DNA of 26,014 nucleotides, from positions 1 through 26,014 of IMG/VR virus record IMGVR_UViG_3300014169_000134; one strand, written 5' to 3'. Each line of letters begins with the position of its first letter. Positions within the stretch are counted from its first letter, which is position 1. Below, one piece after another: positions 25,428-26,014 of the stretch. The notes beneath the pieces are model-generated. The model was not told where the DNA came from. It searched no databases and saw only the letters and a program-made list of their open reading frames with translations. A program made the position numbers and the translations under genes. The DNA comes from a virus (taxonomy: Duplodnaviria > Caudoviricetes).

Positions 25428-25471
25428 CTGGGAATAAGCACGCTGCTTTCATAGAGCGTGCTTATTCCTAG
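25428..25471 (+). other. Long stem-loop (RNA processing, stability or terminator-like element)
   Basis: GGAATAAGCACGCT / AGCGTGCTTATTCC 14-bp perfect inverted repeat with a 10-nt loop; only a short T run follows. Confidence 0.7.
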
Positions 25472-25480
25472 ACTTTAACA

Positions 25481-25565
25481 ATCCATTCTCTACTCTCTCT
25501 TCTCTCTATTATCGCAAAGTGAAATTCTCTGGCCGAAGATAGAGAGAAGAGAGAAAAGAGAGGAT
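25481..25565 (+). promoter_or_regulatory. Stem-loop overlapping the RBS of the 25570 gene
   Basis: TCTCTCTTCTCTCTAT (25494-25509) / ATAGAGAGAAGAGAGA (25539-25554), 16 bp perfect, extendable to ATCC/GGAT. Confidence 0.6.
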
Positions 25566-25569
25566 TTAC

Positions 25570-25794
25570 ATGAAACAAACAATTAAGCTCCAAAGTCCTA
25601 TAGGACTTCTCTTCTCTATTCTATTCCCTGAGTCTACAGGGTTTAGATCAACCTTAACTCCAAGTGCTGCGCATGTAGTGATAAGGGCAATGCAGCATAT
25701 TAATAGCAGTAAAAGAGCCCTTGGGAAGATTCCTACGACGTATCCTTCTACGGAAAATGGAGTAGTAATTCCATTTGAGGTGAAGGTGTCGTAG
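25570..25794 (+). CDS. Hypothetical protein, 74 aa
   Basis: GAGGA RBS and ATG start; no recognisable motif. Confidence 0.6.
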   Translation: MKQTIKLQSPIGLLFSILFPESTGFRSTLTPSAAHVVIRAMQHINSSKRALGKIPTTYPSTENGVVIPFEVKVS

Positions 25795-25983
25795 AGAGGA
25801 TATAGAATGGGTGGGCTCCATCAATAAGGGGGTTATGGGTAGGTGGTATCCTAGAGGGTAAGTCCAATGGAATCAACCCCAAGGGGATGTTACCTACCCT
25901 GAATTGACAAATGGGCTTACCCCCATCTTCCCCCCTGCGGAACTCACCCGCGCCCCGGCGGCCAATTCTACAGCGATGTTTTT

Positions 25984-26000
25984 AGGCAAAGCCTTTTTTT
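25984..26000 (+). terminator. Possible intrinsic terminator
   Basis: AGGC-AAA-GCCT followed by a T run; the stem is short. Confidence 0.35.
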
Positions 26001-26014
26001 AGGCCCTTAAAAAA

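Noticed and set aside
25807-25861. Micro-ORFs MGGLHQ and MGRWYPRG
   Set aside because: Too short to support; the region is better explained by RNA structure.
25904-25932. Perfect TTGACA as a rightward promoter
   Set aside because: No -10-like hexamer at 16-18 nt spacing.

Overview
The window is part of a tailed dsDNA phage genome, most likely a short-tailed (podovirus-like) phage; the host cannot be determined from the sequence. Positions 1-24060 hold one tightly packed minus-strand late operon. In transcription order it runs: Ig-like protein, small ORF, putative terminase small subunit, terminase large subunit, four membrane or helical proteins, portal, scaffold, capsid accessory genes, major capsid protein, decoration proteins, tail nozzle and adaptor, four ejection-type proteins, a divergent PurD-fold ATP-grasp ligase flanked by two unannotated peptides, and a truncated signal-peptide-bearing, Cys-paired protein that runs into an SGNH/GDSL esterase domain (missing from the ORF track). 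Positions 24030-24890 are a non-coding control region with a sigma70-like leftward promoter, C-GAA-G mini-hairpins, A-tracts, TTGCAA repeats and a 28-bp direct repeat. Positions 24898-26014 hold two plus-strand hypothetical genes, each preceded by a long RNA stem, and a possible pseudoknot. The best candidates for new biology are the ATP-grasp/peptide/secreted-esterase cluster and a dual-start Ig-like gene with a duplicated beta-strand. All product calls come from motif recognition and synteny by eye; no database search was run.
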